Positions 36,197 to 47,575 of a DNA stretch of 64,000 nucleotides are shown here, one piece after another; positions within the stretch are counted from its first letter, which is position 1, and each line of letters opens with the position of its first letter. The stretch is from the NCBI GenBank assembly GCA_035553095.1, contig DATNDZ010000020.1, forward strand, positions 17,690-81,689, read 5' to 3'. The position numbers and the translations under genes are program-made. The DNA comes from Solirubrobacteraceae bacterium (lineage in GTDB: Bacteria; Actinomycetota; Thermoleophilia; Solirubrobacterales; Solirubrobacteraceae). A model generated the notes under the pieces. It made no database searches. It worked only from the letters and a program-made list of their open reading frames with translations, and was not told the DNA's origin.

Positions 36197-37468
36197 CTAC
36201 GAGAGCGGGTTGAACAGGAGCCCGGTCAGCAGCTTAGGGAAGAAGTAGGTCGACTTGGGTGGCATGTTCTCGCCCTCGGCTGCCACTTCGCGCACCTGCT
36301 CGACCGGCGTGGGGCGCATCAGGAAGGCGGCGTCGTATTCGCCCGAGCGCACGACCCGCAGCGCCTCCTCGGTGTCGCGCGCGTAGAAGAGGCCGTTGAA
36401 GTGGGAGATGTCCTCGTCGCTGAGCTCGAGCGCGCCCTTGAGCAGCAATGTCTCCAGCACGCCGGTGTCGAGGTGGCGGTAGGCCTCGGAGTGCCCGCTC
36501 AGCGCCTCGTCGGCGATGCGCTGATCCTTGAGCGTGAGACGGTAGGCACGCTCGTCCCCGCCGGCGACGTAGCCGAGCTCGAGCGGGCCCGAACCGGGCG
36601 CCGGTGCGAGTTGGTCGATCGGCACCTCGCGGATCTCGAAGTCGCGCTCGAGCGCGGCCGCCAACGCGGCGCGGCGAGCGTCGTCGAGCCTGTTCACGAG
36701 CCGGTGGGTGGGGAAGACGGTCAGGCCCGGATCCTCGAGCGCCACCAGGCACATCAGGATGTGGCGGTGCTCGTCGTTCGGAGGCGTGCCGGCTGCCTCG
36801 ACCTCTTCGGCGTAGGCCTGCATCGTCTCGTAGCGGTGGTGGCCGTCGGCGATCAGCAGCTCGGCATCGCGGGTGGCGGCCTGCACGGCCGCGATCGCCT
36901 CGGGATCGGTCACGCGCCAGAGCCGGTGCACGGTCCCGTCGCCGTCGGTCACCTCGCCGAACGGGTCGTGCTCGGTCGACGGCCCCAACGCCGCCCACGC
37001 CGCATTGGTCGGGTCGGAGTAGAGCGAGAAGATCGGTGAGATGTTGGCGCGCGTCGCGCGGGTGAGGCGCAGTCGGTCCTCCTTGGGTCCCGGGTGCGTG
37101 CGCTCGTGCGGGCGCACGCGGCCGGGACCGTAGCCCTCGATCCGCACCCGGCAGAAGAAGCCGCGGCGGGTGCGCGGCTGCCCGTCGGGGCCGACGTAAT
37201 CCTGCGTCTGCGCCCACAGGGCGGGCTGCTCGTCGCGCACCAGCACCCCCTGCGCCTGCCAGCCCTCGAACTGCTCGCGCGCGGACTCGTATCGATCGGG
37301 CTCGCCCTGCGGCAGGTCGACGGCGACGATGTTGAACGGCGAGCGCTCGATCAGCTCTGCGCGCTGGCCGGCGTCGATCACGTCGTAGGGCGGGGCGACG
37401 ACGTCGGTCAGCGGGCCGGCCGCGGCCGGGTCGTAGTGCAGAGCACGCAGCGGTTGGACGTCTGCCAT
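36197..37468 (-). CDS. DUF1015 family protein
   Basis: APPYDVI, PHERT, IADGHHRY, PTHR, MPPKSTYFFPK. Confidence 0.92.
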   Translation of the reverse strand: MADVQPLRALHYDPAAAGPLTDVVAPPYDVIDAGQRAELIERSPFNIVAVDLPQGEPDRYESAREQFEGWQAQGVLVRDEQPALWAQTQDYVGPDGQPRTRRGFFCRVRIEGYGPGRVRPHERTHPGPKEDRLRLTRATRANISPIFSLYSDPTNAAWAALGPSTEHDPFGEVTDGDGTVHRLWRVTDPEAIAAVQAATRDAELLIADGHHRYETMQAYAEEVEAAGTPPNDEHRHILMCLVALEDPGLTVFPTHRLVNRLDDARRAALAAALERDFEIREVPIDQLAPAPGSGPLELGYVAGGDERAYRLTLKDQRIADEALSGHSEAYRHLDTGVLETLLLKGALELSDEDISHFNGLFYARDTEEALRVVRSGEYDAAFLMRPTPVEQVREVAAEGENMPPKSTYFFPKLLTGLLFNPLS

Positions 37469-37595
37469 GGGCGGTGGCGGAGGCTAGCAGCGGTCCGGGC
37501 GCCTGCGCGGGCGAGCACCAGATCGCAGTGGGGGAGCCCGGCTCCACGATCGGACGCCGGGTGCGCGGAGGGCCGGCGGTAGAATCGCGCCCCGA

Positions 37596-37669
37596 CGGGG
37601 CGTGGCGCAGCCTGGTAGCGCACCTGCTTTGGGAGCAGGGGGTCGCCGGTTCAAATCCGGCCGCCCCGA
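37596..37669 (+). tRNA. tRNA-Pro(TGG), CCA not encoded
   Basis: Acceptor CGGGGCG/CGCCCCG+A; anticodon arm CCTGC-TTTGGGA-GCAGG; T-loop TTCAAAT; TAGAAT at 37580. Confidence 0.97.
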
Positions 37670-37676
37670 TCGCGAT

Positions 37677-37702
37677 AAAGGCCCTGCAAATCAAGGGTTT
37701 TT
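37677..37702 (+). terminator. Hairpin downstream of tRNA-Pro
   Basis: AAAGCCCT-GCAAATCA-AGGGTTTT followed by T residues. Confidence 0.5.
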
Positions 37703-37883
37703 CAGGTCGGTATAGGCGCCGATTGGCCGATCCTCGGGGATCCCCGTGCGAGCTCGGGGTTGGAGTGGCCCTCAGCCGGGTATATGGGTCAAGTGGGGTA
37801 GTGACTGGCGTCGGGGATCGTCGCAGGGCGGGGCCTCGGCCGCCGGCTAGGTACTGGAGAGGGAAAAAAGGAGTAGCTAGAAG

Positions 37884-38699
37884 ATGCGACGCATCAAGAT
37901 CGCGGGCCTCTGTCTCCTCGCCGTCTGCGCGGTGAGCGTGACCATGTCGGCCACGGCGTCGGCGGCGAACCCGGAATACGGGCGCTGTCTCAAAGCAGCG
38001 ACGAAAGCGCTGACGAACTACGACAGCGCGAAGTGCATCAAATTCGCCAGCGAAGACGCCGGCACCGAAGCCGAAAAACTGAAAAAAGGCAACTACCAGT
38101 GGACCAAAGAAATACTCAAAAAGAAACTCACTGGGACGCTGAAAGAAGGAACCTTCGCCACGCTCGAAAACAAATCGGGCACCAAAGTCACGTGCTCGAA
38201 ACTTAAATCCTCGGGCGAAATCACGGGGCTCACGACGGAGGTCGCGACCGAAGTGGTCTTCTCCGAATGTGAATCCGGCGGCATCAAATGCAACACCGAA
38301 GGCGATGGTGTCGGCGTGATCAAAGTGAAAGAACTCGAAGGCGAACTCGGCGTCATCACCAAAGTCAGCCCGTCGACCAAAGACAAAATTGGCAACGTGC
38401 TCTGGCCTAAAGGCGGCACGCCGACTTCGGGGTCGAAATTCGTGTTCTTCGCCTGCGCAGCGGCGCTTACGGCGGATGTGCACAACTCCGTGATCTCACC
38501 GGTCACATCAAACGCGATGAAGCTCGAACAGGTCGTCAAATACACGGGCTCGAAAGGCGTGCAGAAACCGACGAAATTCGAAGGGGGACCGAACATGTTC
38601 CTCGAAACGAGCTTCACCGGTGCACCGCTCGAACCGTCCAGCCAGGTTGCCACGACGATCGTGAAAGCCGAAGAAAAGATCGAGATCCGCTCGACCTAA
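37884..38699 (+). CDS. Secreted Lys/Thr/Glu-rich hypothetical protein
   Basis: AAGGAG RBS, signal peptide ending ASA, Cys pairs; resembles the C-terminal domain of 31340..32824. Confidence 0.85.
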   Translation: MRRIKIAGLCLLAVCAVSVTMSATASAANPEYGRCLKAATKALTNYDSAKCIKFASEDAGTEAEKLKKGNYQWTKEILKKKLTGTLKEGTFATLENKSGTKVTCSKLKSSGEITGLTTEVATEVVFSECESGGIKCNTEGDGVGVIKVKELEGELGVITKVSPSTKDKIGNVLWPKGGTPTSGSKFVFFACAAALTADVHNSVISPVTSNAMKLEQVVKYTGSKGVQKPTKFEGGPNMFLETSFTGAPLEPSSQVATTIVKAEEKIEIRST

Positions 38700-39090
38700 T
38701 GCAGGATCTCCCCTGAGCCAGGCCCCAGCGGGATCTCGCGAGCGGCGGGCTAGGGAGCGGGGCGTGGGGCCAGTTGGCTCCACGCCCCGACTATTTAACG
38801 AGCGTCGCGTGCCATCCGAACCCGGGTTCCCCGGCGCCCGCCGGGCGGGCCGGGGCGCCGGCGCTGGGGGACGACGATGGAAGGGGCCGACACCAGCCGG
38901 CTCTCCGCGAAGATCACGTGAAAACCGCGACGTGCCCAGGGGATCGGCCCTGAACACGCCGCAGCAATCACGATGAGCCGCGTGTTGAAACGGCTCGAGC
39001 CGGTATTTCCCGGCTGCGGCGACCGCGAAACAGATCGCGTGGTCCGGGGGCGCGAGCTCGCGTGCGCGGCCGCGCAGGCGCCGATCCGGT

Positions 39091-39231
39091 TCAGCGTGCG
39101 CGCAGCGCCAGCGCCAGCCCGATCGTGAGGATCGGCACGGCCGCCGGTGGGTAGGCGGTCAGGCTCGCGATCAGGGCCAGCAGGGCGCAGCCGGCGGCGA
39201 CGCGTTGATAGGGGTTGCGCGTGAGGCGCAT
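39091..39231 (-). CDS. Putative small membrane protein (46 aa)
   Basis: MRLTRNPYQRVAAGCALLALIASLTAYPPAAVPILTIGLALALRAR; GC3 codons. Confidence 0.5.
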   Translation of the reverse strand: MRLTRNPYQRVAAGCALLALIASLTAYPPAAVPILTIGLALALRAR

Positions 39232-39467
39232 ACCCGCAACATCGGGCGACCCGGGCCGGCCATTGAGTGCAAGCAACAAATGTCTCATGTGGGCTTTCTC
39301 CAGCCCGGCGCGCCCACGGCCAGGCGTGCCGCGCTCGCGAGCACGAGCGGGTAGGGCGCGCGACGGCGAGCAGGGCCCAGGCCCGGCCCGAGGCGCCGCT
39401 TCGGAGGCGCCGATCGAGATGTTCATGATCTGCGCGCAGGCTCGTCGGCCGGCGGCGCTCGCGCGCC

Positions 39468-39674
39468 TCAGGGCGAAGGCACGCGCGGAGCGCGTGGCCG
39501 CGCGGGCGCGGCGGCGCGCATCTGCGCTGTGCGGCGTCGCAGCCGGCGCATCAGCTCGCGCTCAGATTCGGCGGCTTGGCGCGTGAGCGCCCCGGAGATC
39601 GCCTGCGGACCCCGCTCCACGATCCAGTAGTTGCTGGCGGTCTGCTTGAGCGTCAACTGCTCGTCGTCTTGCAT
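39468..39674 (-). CDS. Putative small hypothetical protein
   Basis: MQDDEQLTLKQTASNYWIVERG..AAESERELMRR; GGAGA upstream. Confidence 0.5.
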   Translation of the reverse strand: MQDDEQLTLKQTASNYWIVERGPQAISGALTRQAAESERELMRRLRRRTAQMRAAAPARPRAPRVPSP

Positions 39675-39905
39675 GGCGTCCACGTTAGGTCTCCGCGGGC
39701 GGAGGGGGGTTGTCAGCCTGTGAACGGTCCTCGCGCGCGTATGCGCACTCCTCGGCGGGCGACGCACGAGGCTGTAGCGGGATGGACAGAAGTTTCACCG
39801 CGTGCGCTGCTCGCGGCGCAGGCCGGCAGGTCGCCGCCCCGAGTTGCGCCCACCGGCGGGCTCGTGGTTAGACTGCGCGGCAATGGTGCCGGCGTGCAGG
39901 TTCAG

Positions 39906-40403
39906 GTGAACGACGTGCGACCCCCCAGATGGGTGTGCGCTGTCGCGGTCTTGGCGATCGTCGCCCTGCCGGGGTGCGGCAGTGCGAGCCAGACTTCGAG
40001 TCAGTCGACCGGCGCGCACACGACCGAGCGCAAATCGGCCGGAAAGCTCACGCGAGCCCAGTACAAAACAGAAGCCGAAGCCGTGTGCACCGCCCTCGAA
40101 CGCACGAGCGTGCGTCTCAGCACCAACAAAAAGTCGTTTCGACAGAAAGTGCAGGAAGCGATCAGGGCACGGAGAGCCACGAACGAACTACTCCGAAGGA
40201 TCCCGGCATCGTCGGCTGTGAAGTTCGTGCCCGAATGGCTTCGCTTCCGAGAAGCGTCGGTTCAGGCGACGGAGATCGCGCTCGAAACCACGCCCGGCTC
40301 GGACTCAAACAAGCTCGCGGGCGAACGCGAATACGAAGCGACCGAAAAAGCTCGAGCGATCGCGAAGGCCGCCGGGCTCTCCAGCTGCGTAAGCGCTCCC
40401 TGA
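39906..40403 (+). CDS. Putative lipoprotein
   Basis: Hydrophobic stretch with LPGC lipobox; LTRAQY..AEAVC..AGLSSC pattern. Confidence 0.7.
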   Translation: MNDVRPPRWVCAVAVLAIVALPGCGSASQTSSQSTGAHTTERKSAGKLTRAQYKTEAEAVCTALERTSVRLSTNKKSFRQKVQEAIRARRATNELLRRIPASSAVKFVPEWLRFREASVQATEIALETTPGSDSNKLAGEREYEATEKARAIAKAAGLSSCVSAP

Positions 40404-40441
40404 GGCCTCCTCGCTCGCCCGGCGCGAGCTACGGTGGCAGC

Positions 40442-42058
40442 ATGCGCAGCCAGAGCGAGGCGACGGTCAAGCGCATCACCCTCGTGGCGTGCATCCTCGG
40501 CTCGGGGATCGCGCTGCTCGACGGCACGGTCGTGAACGTGGCGCTGCCGACGATCCAGCGCGAGCTGGGCGGCGGGCTGGCGGCGCAGCAGTGGGTGGTC
40601 AACGGCAACCTGCTGACGCTCAGCTCGCTGATACTGGTAGGCGGCTCGCTCGGCGACCTCTACGGCGAGCGCAGGGTGTTCGCGATCGGCGTCAGCGGCT
40701 TCGGCGCCGCCTCGGTGCTGTGTGCGCTGGCGCCATCGATCGGCGTGCTGGTGGCGGCGCGCGCGCTGCAGGGAATCGCGGGAGCGCTGCTCGTGCCGAG
40801 CTCGCTGGCGGTGATCGTGAACACGTTCGGACCGGACGAGCGCGGCGGCGCGATCGGCACCTGGACGGCGTGGGGCGCGATCGCGGGCGTGCTCGGGCCG
40901 CTGGCGGGCGGCGAGCTGCTGGCGATCGGCTCGTGGCGATGGATCTTCGTGATCAACGTGCCACTCGCTGCAGCGTGCGTGTGGTTGATCCTGGCGGCGA
41001 TCCCGCCGATGCCGGCGCGCGACCGCGGGGGCAGGCACGTCGATTATGTCGGCGGGCTGCTGTGCGCTCTGGGTCTGGCCGGACCGGTGTTCGCGTTGAT
41101 CGAGCAGCCGCGGCTGGGCTGGTCGAGTCCGGCGGTCTACCTGCCGCTGATCGCCGGCATCGTGCTGCTCGGCATGTTCACGCTGTATGAGTCGCGCGCG
41201 AAGGATCCGATGCTACCGCTGGTGCTCTTCCGCCGGCGCAACTTCTCGGCGGGCAACGTCGAGACGCTGGCGATGTACGCGGGGCTGTCGATCCTGTTCT
41301 TCTTCCTAGTGCTGTTCCTGCAGCAGATCGGTGGCTACACGCCGCTGCAGAGCGGCCTGGCGACGCTCCCGGTGACGGTCTTGATGTTCTTCCTCTCACG
41401 GCGCTTCGGCGCGCTCGCGGACCGCTTCGGGCCACGCTTCTTCATGGGCGTGGGGCCGCTCGTGGCCGCAGCCGGCCTGCTGCTGTTCCAGGCGACCGGC
41501 ATCGAGGCGGACTACGTCTCGGAAGTCATGCCGGCGCTGCTGATCTTCTCGCTGGGGCTGTCGATGACGGTGGCACCGCTGACGGCGGCCGTGCTGTACG
41601 GCTCGGAGAAGGAGGCCGGGGTCGCCTCGGGCGTGAACAACGCGATCGCCCGCGTGGCGGGATTGCTCGGCACGGCGGCCGTCGGCGCGGCGATCGCCTC
41701 CTCCTTTGCGTCCTCGATGGACAGTCGCCTCTCGGGCGTCGCGCTCGGCGGCGCGGCGCGGGCGGCGGTGAAGGAGGCCAAGCGCCTGCCGCTGGGGCTG
41801 CCGAGCCTGCACGGGATGCCGCCGGGCCAGGCACATGCGGTGAGGGCGGCGGCGGAAGGGGCCTCGCTGCACAGCTTCCACATGGGCATGATGATCGCGG
41901 CGGCGCTGGTGGCGATCGGTGGCCTCATCGGCGTGCTGGGCATCCGCAACCCGCGCCCGGAAGAGGCGGAGATCCATGCGACCAGCTGCCCGGGCGGTCA
42001 GCTGGTCGGCGCGAGCTCAGAGATCGGCGGCCCGGCCACCGAGCCGGTCCGGGCGTGA
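40442..42058 (+). CDS. MFS transporter, DHA2-like (14 TMS)
   Basis: LDGTVVNVALP, GGSLGDLYGERR, ARALQG, WRWIFVINVP; TACGGT 6 nt upstream. Confidence 0.93.
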   Translation: MRSQSEATVKRITLVACILGSGIALLDGTVVNVALPTIQRELGGGLAAQQWVVNGNLLTLSSLILVGGSLGDLYGERRVFAIGVSGFGAASVLCALAPSIGVLVAARALQGIAGALLVPSSLAVIVNTFGPDERGGAIGTWTAWGAIAGVLGPLAGGELLAIGSWRWIFVINVPLAAACVWLILAAIPPMPARDRGGRHVDYVGGLLCALGLAGPVFALIEQPRLGWSSPAVYLPLIAGIVLLGMFTLYESRAKDPMLPLVLFRRRNFSAGNVETLAMYAGLSILFFFLVLFLQQIGGYTPLQSGLATLPVTVLMFFLSRRFGALADRFGPRFFMGVGPLVAAAGLLLFQATGIEADYVSEVMPALLIFSLGLSMTVAPLTAAVLYGSEKEAGVASGVNNAIARVAGLLGTAAVGAAIASSFASSMDSRLSGVALGGAARAAVKEAKRLPLGLPSLHGMPPGQAHAVRAAAEGASLHSFHMGMMIAAALVAIGGLIGVLGIRNPRPEEAEIHATSCPGGQLVGASSEIGGPATEPVRA

Positions 42059-42062
42059 AGCG

Positions 42063-42369
42063 CTAGACGGGTTCGGCGTAGGCGCGCATGGCATCGATGA
42101 TCGGCCCGAGCCGGCGCCCGCGCTCGGTCAGGCGATACTCGACGGTGGGCGGGCTCGATGGGATCACGGTGCGCTCGACGAGACCGGCGCCCTCGAGGTC
42201 GCGTAGGCGCTCGGAGAGCATCCTTGGCGAGATCCCGGCGACGGCCTCGGCGAACTCGTTGAAGCGCAGGGCGCCGGTGAGCGCGGCGTAGATGATCGAC
42301 AGCTGCCAGCGCCGCTCGAGGAGGTCCGCCGTCTGGCGGACCTCCGCGGGGACGGGCTTGCAGCGGCCG

Positions 42370-42389
<20 letters not shown>
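42063..42389 (-). CDS. HxlR/DUF24 family winged-helix regulator
   Basis: LLERRWQLSII, RFNEF, ISPRMLSERLRDLE, PPTVEYRLTERG; single N-terminal Cys. Confidence 0.9.
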
Positions 42390-44760
<2,371 letters not shown>

Positions 44761-44882
44761 CAGTTATTGCTCCATATGAGCTTACGAAAGTGTAGTTAGT
44801 ATAGCGCGAGGTGGTTGCGCGCGCAAGTATCGCCGGATGGTCCCGGAAAGCGCTTGCTGGAGCCAAAAGTTCGCGCTCGAGC

Positions 44883-45025
44883 GGTGGTTCCTGGGGAGGG
44901 CGGGCCCGCATGCGGGCCCGCCGGAGGCCGCACATGTGCGGCCTCCCCGGCGGCGCATGCGCCGCCGGAAGGTCGGGCCGCATGCGGCCCGACCCAGACG
45001 GGTGCATGCACCCGTCTGAACCACC
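44883..45025. repeat. Array B of abutting CATG-centred perfect palindromes
   Basis: Perfect palindromes at 44899-44922, 44923-44946, 44947-44968, 44971-44994 and 44995-45018; enclosed by GGTGGTTC/GAACCACC. Confidence 0.95.
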
Positions 45026-45142
45026 AACCGACGCGATCGGCCATGAGCGGCGCGCACAGTCGCATCCCAAGACGTGTGTACAAGCGATGGATGAGCGATT
45101 CGATCGAGCGGTTGAGACGGCCGGTCCCAAGCGGCGCGGTGG

Positions 45143-46096
45143 TTAGCCTGCCTGATCGTCGAAACTGACATCGACGTTCTCTTGCTCGATCCGCTCCTCG
45201 ACCTCTGCCGAGGAGGTGAGGGCCCGCCGGTCGGCATCGAGCAGTGGCTCGGAGAAGAAGCTGCGCGGCCACAATCTGCGCGCGCGCACGACATTGATCT
45301 CGGCGGCGAAGATGACGAGCTGCGCGCCGAGGTAGAGCCAGGCGAGCAGGCCGAGGACGAGGGCGAAGATCCCATAGAGCGGCTGCGTCTGCCTCAGTAC
45401 GTGGTCGACGTAGTAGCCGCCTAGGTGTTGCAGCAGCTGCCACACGATCGCCGCCATGACGACGCCTGGCAGGAATTCGCGCCAGCTCACCTCGGCGGCG
45501 GTCAGCACTTTGAACGCGCTCATGAACAGCGCGAGGTTGAGGACGAATGCGATCAGCACGCCGCCGATCACGGCACCCGCGTCGTGCGAGCTGGTGCCGA
45601 CGAAGCCGGCTGCGGCCGTCGAGACGATCATGAGCGTGCCGAAGATCGCGAGCAGCCCCAGGCCGCGCAGGCGAGAGAAGAGGAAGTTGGGACGGCTCTT
45701 GAACGGGACCTGCCAGATCCGGTTGAACGCGTTCTGAGCGGCGTTCGTGATGCCCAGGCCGGCCAGCAGCGAGCCGACGATGCCGATCGCCAGCGCGACC
45801 ACGCTGCCTTCGAGGGCATGCAGCTTGAGCTGGTCGGAGAGGATCGGGAACTGCCCGAGCGTGCCGTCCAGGATTTTCCGCTGGTCCTCGGGATGACCCT
45901 GCAGCACGAAGCCGAGCACCGTCACGAGCACCAGCAGCAACGGGAAGATCGAGACGAACGCGAAGTAGGCGATCAGCGCTGCGAGTTGGCCGGCCTGGTC
46001 GTCGGTGAACTTCTTGAACACGGCCGCCACGAAGCGGACACCGCGCGTGTGCTGCTGGCGGCGGTCGAGCGCGTTGAGGCGGTCCGTGAGGTTCAT
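45143..46096 (-). CDS. YihY/BrkB family membrane protein
   Basis: AALIAYFAFVSIFPLLL, AFNRIW, PG..AA..W, YGIFALVLGLLAWLY..AEIN. Confidence 0.92.
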   Translation of the reverse strand: MNLTDRLNALDRRQQHTRGVRFVAAVFKKFTDDQAGQLAALIAYFAFVSIFPLLLVLVTVLGFVLQGHPEDQRKILDGTLGQFPILSDQLKLHALEGSVVALAIGIVGSLLAGLGITNAAQNAFNRIWQVPFKSRPNFLFSRLRGLGLLAIFGTLMIVSTAAAGFVGTSSHDAGAVIGGVLIAFVLNLALFMSAFKVLTAAEVSWREFLPGVVMAAIVWQLLQHLGGYYVDHVLRQTQPLYGIFALVLGLLAWLYLGAQLVIFAAEINVVRARRLWPRSFFSEPLLDADRRALTSSAEVEERIEQENVDVSFDDQAG

Positions 46097-46140
46097 GGGC
46101 GGGTCTCCATCGGCGATCCCGGCCGACCCGGCGGACTGCT

Positions 46141-46881
46141 GTGGCGAGATTGGGAGGGGGGTCTGCGAGCGATCAGCAGCGACATGCGTATGTGTCTACC
46201 CGATGCGGAGAACAGGGAGAGCGCGCCGAGAAGCGCTCGCTTGCGGACAGTACTCGCCCACGCGCGCGCGATCTCAGCGAGGAGGTCGCGGCGGTCGCGG
46301 CGGCAAAGCGCCGGCTGCTGCTGGGCGTGCACCGACATCGGCTGCGTCCAGAGGATCTGGAGGACTGCTACAGCCAGGCCACGCTCGAGCTGATCGCTCA
46401 TGTGAAGGCCGGCGGCTCCTTCGCCTGCAGGTCCCACATCGCAAATGCGCTCGAGCTGCGGTTTCTTTCTCGCGCGCGCGATCGTCGCCGGGCGTTCAGC
46501 GGTCGCAGCCCGATCCTGGCCGCGCTCGAGCAGGCCGAGACATTGGGCGCCACCGCAGGGGAAGGGGTCGAGATCGCGGACAATCGGGCAGCTGTCGATG
46601 AGCAAGTGATCGTCCGTGATGAGCTGCGGCGCGTCGGACGTATCGTGCCGCTGCTGACGGTCGATCAGAGGCTCGTGCTCGGATCGCAAGTCGCCGGAGA
46701 CACCTGCGCGCAGTTCTGCGCTCGGCACGGGTGGTCGCGCGAGAAGTACCGCAAGGTCGCTCAGCGCGCACGCGCCAGGCTGCGGGCGCTGCTGGCCGAC
46801 GAAGCCGACGTCCCGCGCTCGTCGCCCGCGTCGGATCAGAACGCAGGACCGACCTATGAGCACGTCACCCCCCACACGTAG
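46141..46881 (+). CDS. Divergent ECF-like sigma factor
   Basis: Region-2-like EDLEDCYSQATLEL..SRARDRRR; region-4-like LTVDQRLVL..FCARHGWSREKYRKVAQRARARL; start uncertain. Confidence 0.68.
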   Translation: MARLGGGSASDQQRHAYVSTRCGEQGERAEKRSLADSTRPRARDLSEEVAAVAAAKRRLLLGVHRHRLRPEDLEDCYSQATLELIAHVKAGGSFACRSHIANALELRFLSRARDRRRAFSGRSPILAALEQAETLGATAGEGVEIADNRAAVDEQVIVRDELRRVGRIVPLLTVDQRLVLGSQVAGDTCAQFCARHGWSREKYRKVAQRARARLRALLADEADVPRSSPASDQNAGPTYEHVTPHT

Positions 46882-47575
46882 GTCTGTCCGTCTGGGACGC
46901 CGACTGTCGGTCGCACCCACGACGGAACGGCGACACCCATCCGCGCGCAGGCGGCCGGGAGCCGGGCTTCTCCCCGCTCGGAGTCCGGCCGCTCGCGTGC
47001 GCCCGCGTCCAACGTCGCAGCCGCCGAGGTCGACGACTCGCTTTTGGGTGTATTCGGAGGACGAGTTCCATGCGCGTGACGGGCAGGTGCTCGACTGCGC
47101 CTCGGACCGCCTGGTCAGCTCGCCGAGTGCGTCGGCGATCGCTGCCGACGCGACCGCCGTCCCGGGGCTGCACCGACGCGTACGCGTTGTCGTCGTCACC
47201 ACGCTGCTGACCGGGGCCGGGACTGTCACGCTCGGGCTGGCGCTCAACTTGCTCACGTCGGCGACGCATGCTCGGCACAAAGCGGTGGTGCGGCCGGCGC
47301 GCGCACACGCCAACCCGACACTCGCGACGCTTGCGGTGAGGTCAATCCGCGGGCGCGGCAGAGCACATCGCGCGGAGATCGGAGGCAGCGCACGCAACCC
47401 ACGCAGGGCAGCGCGCGCCGCTGCCCGCGTTGGTCGGTCGCGTATGAACACTCGGCTCCACCGGGGCGTCGCCCGCGCGAGTCGTCCCATCGCGCGCGAG
47501 CAGGATGTCGCAAGAGCTTCGTTGCGAGACGACGCGGCCGATCCCGGCGCCGCGGAGTTCAGCTTTGAGCGGTGA
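46856..47575 (+). CDS. Hypothetical single-TM protein
   Basis: Fills the gap between sigma and tcpC and overlaps both; VYSEDEF motif, one TM, ends EFSFER; low complexity. Confidence 0.5.
   Translation: MSTSPPTRRSVRLGRRLSVAPTTERRHPSARRRPGAGLLPARSPAARVRPRPTSQPPRSTTRFWVYSEDEFHARDGQVLDCASDRLVSSPSASAIAADATAVPGLHRRVRVVVVTTLLTGAGTVTLGLALNLLTSATHARHKAVVRPARAHANPTLATLAVRSIRGRGRAHRAEIGGSARNPRRAARAAARVGRSRMNTRLHRGVARASRPIAREQDVARASLRDDAADPGAAEFSFER

Noticed and set aside
46115-46131. ATCCCGGCCGACCCGG resembles the tRNA-Pro 3' end (possible att site)
   Set aside because: Short, mismatched and GC-rich, so chance is likely; housekeeping lon lies between the two
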